This document shows, piece by piece, positions 23,626 through 32,261 of a DNA stretch of 64,000 nucleotides. The DNA lies in contig JANPHH010000146.1 in NCBI GenBank assembly GCA_031424375.1, positions 5,148 through 69,147 on the forward strand, in the 5' to 3' direction. Below the pieces are notes generated by a model. It did no database searches. It worked only from the letters and a program-made list of their open reading frames with translations, and was not told the origin of the DNA. The DNA comes from Chthoniobacter sp. Lineage in GTDB: Bacteria; Verrucomicrobiota; Verrucomicrobiia; Chthoniobacterales; Chthoniobacteraceae. How positions within the stretch are numbered: position 1 is the stretch's first letter; each line of letters starts with the position of its first letter. A program made the translations under genes and the position numbers.

Positions 23626-26600
23626 TTAGCGCTGGATGATGAAGTCGGGGGAGGTGAGGAGGAAATGCAATACAGCTCGGAGGCGATCCCGCTTGTTCGT
23701 GTCGGTGGGCGTAGCGTTCGTATAGGCGACGTCCCCGATTGCTGCGAAGGCATTGGTCACGCTTCCGCCGGTAGTACTGTAGTTCACGGGTACCGTGAAG
23801 GTGTTGGTGGAGCCAGTGGGGACCGTGATCGTGAAGGTTCCGTTAATCGTCGGGCTGAAGGTTCCCCCACTCACACCCGAGATCGTGACCGTGTCCCCAG
23901 TCTTGAATCCGTGCCCGGCCAAGGTGACGGTGCACGGGTTGCCGAGGGCGATCGCCGTAATCGGCCGTCCGACGAATTTCAGGATCTCGGCTTTTACACC
24001 TGAATGCAATCGTCCGCCGATTAACAACGTATTGAGGCGGTCGATGAGGGTTGGAAGATTGGCATTACTGGTCCACGCCTGACCGGTTTGCTGTCCTGTG
24101 CCCGCCACGCCATTTCCGAGGATGTTACCGATGGATCCCGCCGTAGTCACGGCATTTGCCATCCAGGGGCTCAGGTCCATGACGAGCGCATTGCTTCCCG
24201 ATTTGAAGCTGCTCAAACCATTCGTATTCCCCAGCGCGTAGACCCCGCGCTCAAAGAAGTTCGCCTCCCGGATGACGTTGGTTTCCGCCGTATCTTGGAA
24301 TTCGGGGGTCGTGAGGCCCTGCGAGGCGAGTGCCCCGGGGAACTTGTAGCCCGGCAGGAAGAAGTTGAACACGGTGGGCGAGTTCAGTGGGGACTGATCA
24401 AAGTCCCCATCGGTGGTGCCCATGGCGAAGGTACTCGGGCGCGAACTAACGTTTCCGTTTCGGACGAGCGGTTGCGACACCAGCGGGAACTGATAGACGC
24501 TGTTATTGCCCTGGCTGGTCCCGAGGCCGGTGGAGACGCTGTTTTCAGTGGCGGGCGCCAGGAACGTCCAGGTATTCAAGTCCACGACGTATTCCACCGT
24601 GACCACCCGGTCGGCGGGGATTGGATTGGCGCCAGTGAAGAAGACGACCTGCACCTGGTCGCCGACATTCAGATGGTGGTCGTTATTGGTGTCCATGGTG
24701 ACGCGCCGATCCAGCGGGGCCGCCAGACCAGAACCATTGGAAGTGAAGCTGCCCGGGCTGAACCGTGGGACCATCACATTGCCGCTGCGACCCGTCGTAT
24801 CCGGAGCAGTGATTGTGAAGCTCGAACCAGCAGCCGTATCCGTACTGTTTGAGGTGACCGCGGTCTGCACCGTCTTATCAAATCCAAGGAGCCCGTTGGC
24901 AGTGCCACTCGTGAAGTCGAAAAATGCCTTTCCGCCCACAGGCAACCAGTGACTGGAGATGCTGATCGTCATCACGTTTGACCCCGACGACTGGCTGTAA
25001 GTGCCGGTCGTCCAACCTGGCGCCGTGACGGTGAAAGTGTTGTTCCCTGTCACCGTTGCGGAGTAGGTCCCGACCCACGGCGCGGGACTTCCGGAGGTGA
25101 AGTCGAGGAAGACATTGTTTCCGGAAGCCAGTTGGTGAGCCGTCGAAGTGGTAACCGTGATCGTCCGGCCGCCGGCTTCGGTCTGGGCGTAGGTGCCGCT
25201 GAATCCCGCCGGGCGGAAGGCCCGTGCAGCGGATGCGACGCGGAGGACGGGTTCTTTCTGCTTGCCGTAGGCCGGCTTCGTGACCTCGTCGATACTCCGG
25301 GCTTCGTAGTCGAGCAGAACGGCTTTGATAACGGCTTTCATGTCGCCGCGCACCCCAGATCCATTGTTATTGAACTTCTGCACCACGCGATAGAGGTAGT
25401 CGCGCGAAGGGTTGCTGGTCACCATCCGCTGGATGAGCTGGCGGCAGATGAAGGGTCCTACGTTCGGGTGATTGAAGAGCTGGTCATGGGTGGCCGCGAA
25501 TTCCTGATTCGGCAAAGCCTTGTATGCCGGATCGTTGATATTCGCGGAGTTGTGCGTCCCATACGGGTCGAGCGGCTGTCCACCCAGCGTTGGCAATCCC
25601 GGGAGCACTTCATTGTTCAAAATGCGCTTCGGTCCGGTGAAATGACGGGCCGGCACCACTCGCATCGGCCGCATCGAATTTGTCGTCGCACCCAAGGTTG
25701 TCCGATCTGCACCATCGTAGCCGTAATCCCATCCGGTGAAGGCGTGGGCGAAGCCGACGATTTCCCGTTGCGTGTAAGTCGGAACCAATTCGTCCTTGGA
25801 GCTTAGAACCAGGCTGCCATCCGGCCACATTCTGAAGAGACCGATGGAGAAGAGTTGTTTGATTTCGCGGGCGTAGTTTTCGTTAGGACTGCGGCCGATA
25901 CCCAGGTCGGGTTTGTCGTTCCGAAGCATGTCGAGGTATCGTCCCATCGCCGGTGTCAAAGTTGTGTCCTCGAGGATCGAGCGGAAGTTGTCAAAAGCGT
26001 GTTCGACCAGATGGTCGTAGAAATAGGAGAGAGCCGGCGCGTTGTCGGCCAGCGGTCCCTGGGCGGACACCACATGAATCTGACTAAGGGCGAAGGCGAC
26101 GCGCTGCCGAAGTTGATCGGGGCCGGATACAGCGTTTTTCCACCACGCGTTAAAGGTCAGCGTTTCGTCAAAGTTGCCGCCCTGCGCGCTGGCCCCTTCA
26201 GTCCTCAACACCTCGGCCAATTGATAGCTTGGGGTCTTGGTGAATTGGTCTTCGATCCACGCGTCATAGCTCGCCATGGCCTTCAAGGCCGCGATGTCGG
26301 CGGGATTCGGCCCGAAAGTCGCCTGGGTCAGGAATCGCGAAGCGCCGTTCGCGGTGGTATGATCATCGGCCGGATTGGGCGGGTTGGGCGGCGGGGTGAA
26401 CGAGCGCGACCCATTGGCCAACGTGTAATTGCCGCGGATCTCACCCAGCGGATACAGGCCCGTATGCAGGTTTACGTAAGCCTTGCCCTCCTTGATGATC
26501 TCGACGATGTCCGCCTTGGTCAGCGGTTGCACGCCTTTGATCGTCCACTTGTAGGTCGCGGTTTGCGGATTCGTGCCGCTGTAATTGGGATCGTTCGGAT

Positions 26601-29600
26601 CCGAGATGATGCCATCACCAGACTCCGTCGGCGCATCGATATCGAAAATAATCTGACTTCCGTAGATGAGGTAGGGATCGCTGTGAATATGCTCGGAGGT
26701 GATCATTCCACTCAACCCGCTGTAGCTGCGTTTCATGTAGGCGGTATTCTCATCCGCGCTCAGCCGCAGTGTTGAGGTGCCGACGCCAGTCGTCGAGGCG
26801 CCATTCTGCGAGAGCATCTCCGCCACATAGAGTGTCCCGGGCGTCGCAGCCAGGGATGGCGCCACATACGGGGAAAGCACGAACCCAGGCACGACTTCGC
26901 TCGGAACCGTGGTGTCTTGACCTGGCTTGGACCAGCCGACGGCAAGGTTGTCGCCGCTGCCGACGCCCGCCTTGTGCAGGATTTCGATGTAATACTTCTG
27001 TCCTTGCTCCAGCGCCATCCACGGCGACTTCTGGCCCGACTCGGTCACCCCGATGTTCCAGGTCTGCGGGGTGGTGCTGCCCGTGTTCACCCACGCCCGC
27101 TTCAAGGCATTCACGGGTTCGTCGTCATTCGAAATCCAGAGTTCCGCCGCATTACTGCCCGCAATCCAGAAGTAATAGTTGCCGGTGATCGGTGCGGTGA
27201 TGTAACCGCGGATCCGGGCGCCGTAGTTGTCGCCAAAGTCGGTTGGCGCTTCCAGCGTCGACAGGGTGGTGGTGCCGCTGATCGGGCTGGCCACGGGGAT
27301 CTGGGCGATGGTGGTCCCCGCCGCGCCATTCCAGAACTCGCGGGAGATACTCCCACCCGCGGCATCGACGTGGAGGTTGAGCAGGGAAGTACTGGTTCCA
27401 GCCGCATTCGTAATCGTAATCACGATCTGATAATCACCCGTTGTTCCAACCGGCGGAGTGCCACTGAGCACGCCATCGGCATAATTCAGCCAACTGGGTT
27501 TGCCGCTGAAGGTCACGGTCGCTCCATTGCTTCCGGCGACGGGATGGGAGAACCCGCCACCGACCAGGGCGATCGCGCTAGTGGGAGTCGTCGGCGCCGG
27601 CGGTGCCAGCGTACCACTCGACGGATAGAGCCGCTCAGCTGGGATAATCTGCCGGGGCTGGCTGGCGCTATACCAGGAGAGCTGACACTTCGAAAGTGCG
27701 GTGTTCTCGTAGTAATCGAGCTGAATGTCGTAACGCACCCCGCCGACCATTGGGACGTGGACGTAGCGTTCATTGGTGGTCGAACTCCAATTTTTGAGCG
27801 CCTTGTTGACGATGTCGATGCTGACGTTGCCCGCGCTGGCGTCGGCGTATTTCCCGGCGCCGACATTGACCGTGAAGGTTGTGGGCGTGACGGCGGTGAC
27901 GACTGCATTTCGGTTGTCACTAACGGTGATGTTACCCGCAGCGAGCAATGTACCGGCCCCATTCGCAGGCACCGCAGTGCAATCCGAAGCCACAGTAAAC
28001 TTCGTCGGCCCGGTGACCGTGACCGTGTAGGTGCCATTGATATCCGGGGAAAATGTTCCTCCGGTGACTCCGGCGATTTTCACTTCCTGGCCGGTGGTCA
28101 AACCATGGTTCTGCACCGTGGTGATTTCACAAGTCGTCCCAATGGCAATGCTCAGGATGCTGACCTTCGGATTGAAAGCGAGCGTTCCGACGTTGACGGT
28201 GAATGTCTTGGGGCTGGTCGTGGCAGCAGTGATGACGTAGGGGAGGAGACCCAGGGTACTCAGGCCGCCGCTCGTCGGATCGAGTTCGATCGTTTCCCCC
28301 ACCACGAAACCGCCCGGCGTAACATTCGTGAGGTTCGTGTAGTCGACCACCACGTCACCGGTGGCGTCATCGTAACGGTACGTGGGAGCGATGGCCGGAG
28401 CGTGAGAAAGGTTGCCGCTAGAGAAATCGAGCCGAACAGTTTCCCCAACCACATAGTTGCCTGAGGCGGCGATCAAGCCGGCGTAGTTAATCACCGTATC
28501 GCCCGTCGTTGCATTGTGGGAATAAGTGCTTCCGCCGGTGCTGGCCGACGGAGACATCCGGAGCACTTGAGGCTGTCCATTGATCGTAAGTGCGCACCCG
28601 TCATCGGCACTCAGAATCAAGGTATAATCCTCCGAGAACTGCGGCTGGATCTGACCCGTCCAGCGGGCGGAAAAGGTGTCCTTGGCGATCAGGGCCGCAT
28701 CCGGCGAACCGGCGCCAAAGATGCCGTTGTTGTTTTGATTCGGACCGGCACCCTGAACCGAAACGCTGCCTGCCCCGCCGCTGAACGTTGTGTTGGCATA
28801 GACGCTCTGGATCATCCCGGCCGTGGTCGAGGCCGCGTTGCCCCACTGCACAGCGGCGCTGCTTGCCTGGGTCGGCGCTCCCGCGATGGCAACCGTAAAT
28901 GTGTTCGCGGCGGGAGTGTCGACGACCGGATAGGTCCCGCTGTAGTTCGTGGCCTGGCCAATCAGCGCCCCGGCACTGAACCATAAGGTCGCTGAGTCGG
29001 TTCCGGCCACCAGATTGTGCGCCGTCGGCGTAGTCACCGTCACGGTCCCGCCGCTGGAGAGATAGCTCGATGTCGTTGCGTGGGTGAAGAGGTTGGTCGA
29101 AGGGATGTTCGCGAAGGTTCCTCCATCCCGGCTCCATTGGACGCGGCAGCGGGCTGAGTCCGTGGTTTCCACATGCTCGATGCGGATCTTGTAACGCTGG
29201 GCGGCCCCGGCTGGAACCACCAAGGCTTTGGTTGCACCAATTTTGAATGTGCCCACCACTTCGGGGGTCGAGATTCCGTCGATGGTATCCCAGCCGTGCT
29301 CGACGACCTGCTCCCCCGGAAGATCGAACGTCCCATTGTTGTCCAAATCCACCAACACCCGAGCCTTGTCATCCGCGTCGAGTTGGAAACGATACCCGCC
29401 GGCGGTCGTCGGCGACAGGTAGCCCTCGTAGACGGTGGAGTAGTTGTCCAACACCGTGGTGGGCGTCAGCGACACATCATTGGGCGTCCCGTAGGCCCAG
29501 TCGAAATTCACCGTGGGATCCACCCGCGTGAGGGTCGCAATCTGCGGGAATGTCTGGATGCTAAAGGCACAGTTGCCATTCGTTGTGGTAATCGAAAAGG

Positions 29601-30927
29601 CCGTCGCCGAAGTAATCGACACGGTGAACGTCGTGGCCCCCAACGCAATGACGTTGTAGATCTGGTGGTCGAACGTCGAGTTGTCGATCGCCGCATTCCC
29701 GGAGGTAAAGGTGAGTTTTACCTGATTCCCCACCTGCAAACCTGCAAAGTTCGCCGGATTGGCGGGCGTCACCACGATGGAGCCGTTCGTCGTCGGCGTG
29801 CCACGGGTGAAGATGTAAGTCCCCAACTGCCCGAAATTTGCCGCATCCGCCTGCGTCGAGCTGGCCGTGTCATAATAGCGTGCCAGCAAACCGGTGCCGG
29901 AGGCTACGGTCGAAGGGTTAATGATGACGGTCGCGGTCGTGGGGGTGAAGGGGAATTCGGTCCCCGCGGGAGACGCCGTTGCCGTCACCGAGCGGCCTCC
30001 TTTCGGCAAACTCTGAGGCATTGGATTGACGAAAATCTCCTCCGCTAGCGCACCCTGAGCCGCAAAAACCACCGATGATGGCAACGTTGGCGTCGTGACG
30101 TTATCCATCGTCACCTGATAGTCGGTGCCGGGCACCGCGGTGCTGGTGTTGCTCACGTTCAGATTCACCGTGAGCGGAAACAGATTCTGCGTCCGGGTCA
30201 CCATTAGCTTGCCCGCCGTCGGTCCATCCTCCGAGGCAAAGGGTTCCGCCGCGGTGATCGTGACGACATTCGGCATTGCGACCTGCTGAGTCACGTAGGC
30301 GAGCGCGGTCATCGTCCCGGACGCCCCAAGGTTTGTTTCGGCAAGATTCGGGTTCAAAGACACCGCCTTCTCCGCCCAGTCGCTCACCCCATCTCCATCC
30401 GTGTCGGTATCGAGCACCCGCACCCGGTAGTAGGTCCCTGCCGCGAAAGGAACCACAAGCGCTTTTGTGCCACCATCGCCAACGACCTGCGGCGACGCCT
30501 GAGGCACCCAGCCCGACGGATTCGTGATATCTGAATTGATATCGACCCGGTAAGCCTTGTCGTTCTCGGTATCGAAACTAATGGTCACCGTCGGACTCCC
30601 AACCGTCCCGGTTTTTGCGATGCTCTTCACCTTGACCGGCTTGCTGACGCTGAACGGGTTGGTGCCGAGCGCGAGTTCGTCGCCATTCTTCGCGCCGTCT
30701 CCGTCGTCATCGGCATCCAGCCAGGTGGTGTTCAGGCCGTTCGCCGCTACCCCTCCACTAAAAAGCTGCGCATCCGACACTCCGTATTTAAGCTTCCAGA
30801 TCTGCTGGGTCGCAGCCTGGTCAATCACGGCATGCGCGCGGGAACCAAATACGAGGAAACTCAATGCAGCAGTGGCAAGCAGTGAGCAGCGGATGAAGCG
30901 GGATGATTTGGGGTTCATGGAACTCAT
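23626..30927 (-). CDS. Giant secreted DUF1800 protein (copy 1), 2433 aa: TSP3-like Ca motifs, Calx-beta, three PA14, Ig/He_PIG-like, CHRD, DUF1800, ~9 inserted beta-modules
   Basis: Signal peptide and DDDGDG..N..E...GTNP. PA14 motifs GLLARYY/VNFDW/FSARWTG/DDG. CHRD HIH...YVNLHT...GEIRG. DUF1800 motifs ASRFLTQATFG, DQLRQRVAFALSQI, PNENYARE, HPNVGPFI, PTVFNFF. Confidence 0.92.
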   Translation of the reverse strand: MSSMNPKSSRFIRCSLLATAALSFLVFGSRAHAVIDQAATQQIWKLKYGVSDAQLFSGGVAANGLNTTWLDADDDGDGAKNGDELALGTNPFSVSKPVKVKSIAKTGTVGSPTVTISFDTENDKAYRVDINSDITNPSGWVPQASPQVVGDGGTKALVVPFAAGTYYRVRVLDTDTDGDGVSDWAEKAVSLNPNLAETNLGASGTMTALAYVTQQVAMPNVVTITAAEPFASEDGPTAGKLMVTRTQNLFPLTVNLNVSNTSTAVPGTDYQVTMDNVTTPTLPSSVVFAAQGALAEEIFVNPMPQSLPKGGRSVTATASPAGTEFPFTPTTATVIINPSTVASGTGLLARYYDTASSTQADAANFGQLGTYIFTRGTPTTNGSIVVTPANPANFAGLQVGNQVKLTFTSGNAAIDNSTFDHQIYNVIALGATTFTVSITSATAFSITTTNGNCAFSIQTFPQIATLTRVDPTVNFDWAYGTPNDVSLTPTTVLDNYSTVYEGYLSPTTAGGYRFQLDADDKARVLVDLDNNGTFDLPGEQVVEHGWDTIDGISTPEVVGTFKIGATKALVVPAGAAQRYKIRIEHVETTDSARCRVQWSRDGGTFANIPSTNLFTHATTSSYLSSGGTVTVTTPTAHNLVAGTDSATLWFSAGALIGQATNYSGTYPVVDTPAANTFTVAIAGAPTQASSAAVQWGNAASTTAGMIQSVYANTTFSGGAGSVSVQGAGPNQNNNGIFGAGSPDAALIAKDTFSARWTGQIQPQFSEDYTLILSADDGCALTINGQPQVLRMSPSASTGGSTYSHNATTGDTVINYAGLIAASGNYVVGETVRLDFSSGNLSHAPAIAPTYRYDDATGDVVVDYTNLTNVTPGGFVVGETIELDPTSGGLSTLGLLPYVITAATTSPKTFTVNVGTLAFNPKVSILSIAIGTTCEITTVQNHGLTTGQEVKIAGVTGGTFSPDINGTYTVTVTGPTKFTVASDCTAVPANGAGTLLAAGNITVSDNRNAVVTAVTPTTFTVNVGAGKYADASAGNVSIDIVNKALKNWSSTTNERYVHVPMVGGVRYDIQLDYYENTALSKCQLSWYSASQPRQIIPAERLYPSSGTLAPPAPTTPTSAIALVGGGFSHPVAGSNGATVTFSGKPSWLNYADGVLSGTPPVGTTGDYQIVITITNAAGTSTSLLNLHVDAAGGSISREFWNGAAGTTIAQIPVASPISGTTTLSTLEAPTDFGDNYGARIRGYITAPITGNYYFWIAGSNAAELWISNDDEPVNALKRAWVNTGSTTPQTWNIGVTESGQKSPWMALEQGQKYYIEILHKAGVGSGDNLAVGWSKPGQDTTVPSEVVPGFVLSPYVAPSLAATPGTLYVAEMLSQNGASTTGVGTSTLRLSADENTAYMKRSYSGLSGMITSEHIHSDPYLIYGSQIIFDIDAPTESGDGIISDPNDPNYSGTNPQTATYKWTIKGVQPLTKADIVEIIKEGKAYVNLHTGLYPLGEIRGNYTLANGSRSFTPPPNPPNPADDHTTANGASRFLTQATFGPNPADIAALKAMASYDAWIEDQFTKTPSYQLAEVLRTEGASAQGGNFDETLTFNAWWKNAVSGPDQLRQRVAFALSQIHVVSAQGPLADNAPALSYFYDHLVEHAFDNFRSILEDTTLTPAMGRYLDMLRNDKPDLGIGRSPNENYAREIKQLFSIGLFRMWPDGSLVLSSKDELVPTYTQREIVGFAHAFTGWDYGYDGADRTTLGATTNSMRPMRVVPARHFTGPKRILNNEVLPGLPTLGGQPLDPYGTHNSANINDPAYKALPNQEFAATHDQLFNHPNVGPFICRQLIQRMVTSNPSRDYLYRVVQKFNNNGSGVRGDMKAVIKAVLLDYEARSIDEVTKPAYGKQKEPVLRVASAARAFRPAGFSGTYAQTEAGGRTITVTTSTAHQLASGNNVFLDFTSGSPAPWVGTYSATVTGNNTFTVTAPGWTTGTYSQSSGSNVMTISISSHWLPVGGKAFFDFTSGTANGLLGFDKTVQTAVTSNSTDTAAGSSFTITAPDTTGRSGNVMVPRFSPGSFTSNGSGLAAPLDRRVTMDTNNDHHLNVGDQVQVVFFTGANPIPADRVVTVEYVVDLNTWTFLAPATENSVSTGLGTSQGNNSVYQFPLVSQPLVRNGNVSSRPSTFAMGTTDGDFDQSPLNSPTVFNFFLPGYKFPGALASQGLTTPEFQDTAETNVIREANFFERGVYALGNTNGLSSFKSGSNALVMDLSPWMANAVTTAGSIGNILGNGVAGTGQQTGQAWTSNANLPTLIDRLNTLLIGGRLHSGVKAEILKFVGRPITAIALGNPCTVTLAGHGFKTGDTVTISGVSGGTFSPTINGTFTITVPTGSTNTFTVPVNYSTTGGSVTNAFAAIGDVAYTNATPTDTNKRDRLRAVLHFLLTSPDFIIQR

Positions 30928-31078
30928 GATTCTGGGGACGGGATCACGTTACGAAACAACACTCGGTAGAAGATGCTACCGACGGGCAGCACCGAGGGCC
31001 TCCCAGCGAAGCTGGATATGCCGGTCTGATCGCAGAGAAAGGATCATATTGCAGGGAGGATTTGAGACGACACTGTCA
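30928..31078 (-). promoter_or_regulatory. Conserved leader/promoter of DUF1800 copy 1 (TATGAT -10-like box plus two hairpins)
   Basis: Aligns with 41279-41437. Conserved CAGTGTCGT, TATGAT and two stem-loops. Confidence 0.55.
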
Positions 31079-31296
31079 GGTCGGATAGACCCCGATCAGC
31101 AATTGCAAGGTAGGGGTCCCGTAAAGTGCGTCAAGCGTATTCTCGCGCTCGCGATGGGCGCGTCCCCTCGAAGGTTCGTCGCCAGCGCGAACGCAGAATC
31201 TCCGTTCCGGAGGAGGTGAAGCCGAAGACTAAACCCACCTCGGGTTCATCTCCCCCCCTCCACTTGCTCAATGGCTGGCTGAACGTCGCAGACGAA

Positions 31297-31935
31297 CTAT
31301 TTCGTCACCAAATCGTCGGCCGTCCACAACCGGCCATCGGGTCCCGCCGAGCGGATTTCCATACTGTTCTTCGAGAGTTGGTGGAAGAAGTAGGGCGTTC
31401 CCCAGCGGTCGACCAGTTCCCCGTTGTCGTTGACGTTTTGCCCGGGCGGAGGACCCAGTCTTGCCTTCGCCTCGTTGCCACCCATGACCGCCTTCATGAT
31501 TTCGGCATTCGATCCCACCGGATTTTCGCCGATTCGTGTCCGAAAATCGCGAAGCATGAACTGCACGCCTTCCAAATCCGCTTTGCCTTCCGTCTGCCAC
31601 GAGGATGCTTCCGGAGGACGCGGCCCCGGCGCCGCGGCGACGACCGGCGCAGACGGCGCGGGGGTGCTGCGGACGAGGGGCATACCGGGAACGACGGCAC
31701 TCGTCGTTCGAACGGGTTCCGCCGGTTTGCTCGGCGGCGGTTGGGATTCTGGAGACGCCGTTTGCTGGGCGGGCGGAACTGCGGCAGGCTGCCTCGCGGG
31801 TTCAGTGACGCTGGAGGACGCGGCACGGGGCGCATCCGGGGCCGGGGATGGCGTCCCTTCTCCAAACCAAAGCCAGGCGCCGATCGCTCCGAGCGCGAGA
31901 ACGAACGCGATGATGGAGAGGTTGCGGAGATTCAT
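31297..31935 (-). CDS. Membrane-anchored protein with Pro/Ala linker and GspG (T2SS-G)-like C-terminal domain
   Basis: N-terminal TM helix, P/A-rich linker, LVDRWGTPY...IRSAGPDG..WTADDL. No prepilin G|FTLIE motif. Confidence 0.75.
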   Translation of the reverse strand: MNLRNLSIIAFVLALGAIGAWLWFGEGTPSPAPDAPRAASSSVTEPARQPAAVPPAQQTASPESQPPPSKPAEPVRTTSAVVPGMPLVRSTPAPSAPVVAAAPGPRPPEASSWQTEGKADLEGVQFMLRDFRTRIGENPVGSNAEIMKAVMGGNEAKARLGPPPGQNVNDNGELVDRWGTPYFFHQLSKNSMEIRSAGPDGRLWTADDLVTK

Positions 31936-31970
31936 GAGTCGGCCAACTTTAGCTTAGATACAGAAATAGA

Positions 31971-32106
31971 AACCACGGATTGCACGGATGACACGGATCA
32001 CGAGGGACTTGCCGCGACCGTATCCTTCACCCCTTGGTTGATCGGTTTTGAAAGTGGCCGCCACCCGCCAAGCTCTGAATCCATGTCATCCTTGGAATCC
32101 GTGGTT
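31971..32106. repeat. AACCACGGAT...ATCCGTGGTT palindromic element
   Basis: aaccacggattgcacggatgacacggat pairs with atccatgtcatccttggaatccgtggtt. Confidence 0.7.
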
Positions 32107-32261
32107 CCTCCCGTTGCCAGTTTTTGGTTTAGGGAGTCAGAATCACGGTGCTGCCCGGGAACTGTACTGGGATGTAATGTCCTCAATTCCGAACCCGAAG
32201 ATCCGCACGTGCAGAGTTGGCTCAAACACCAGTTCTCCACCGTCGAGTCCACCGCCATTCG

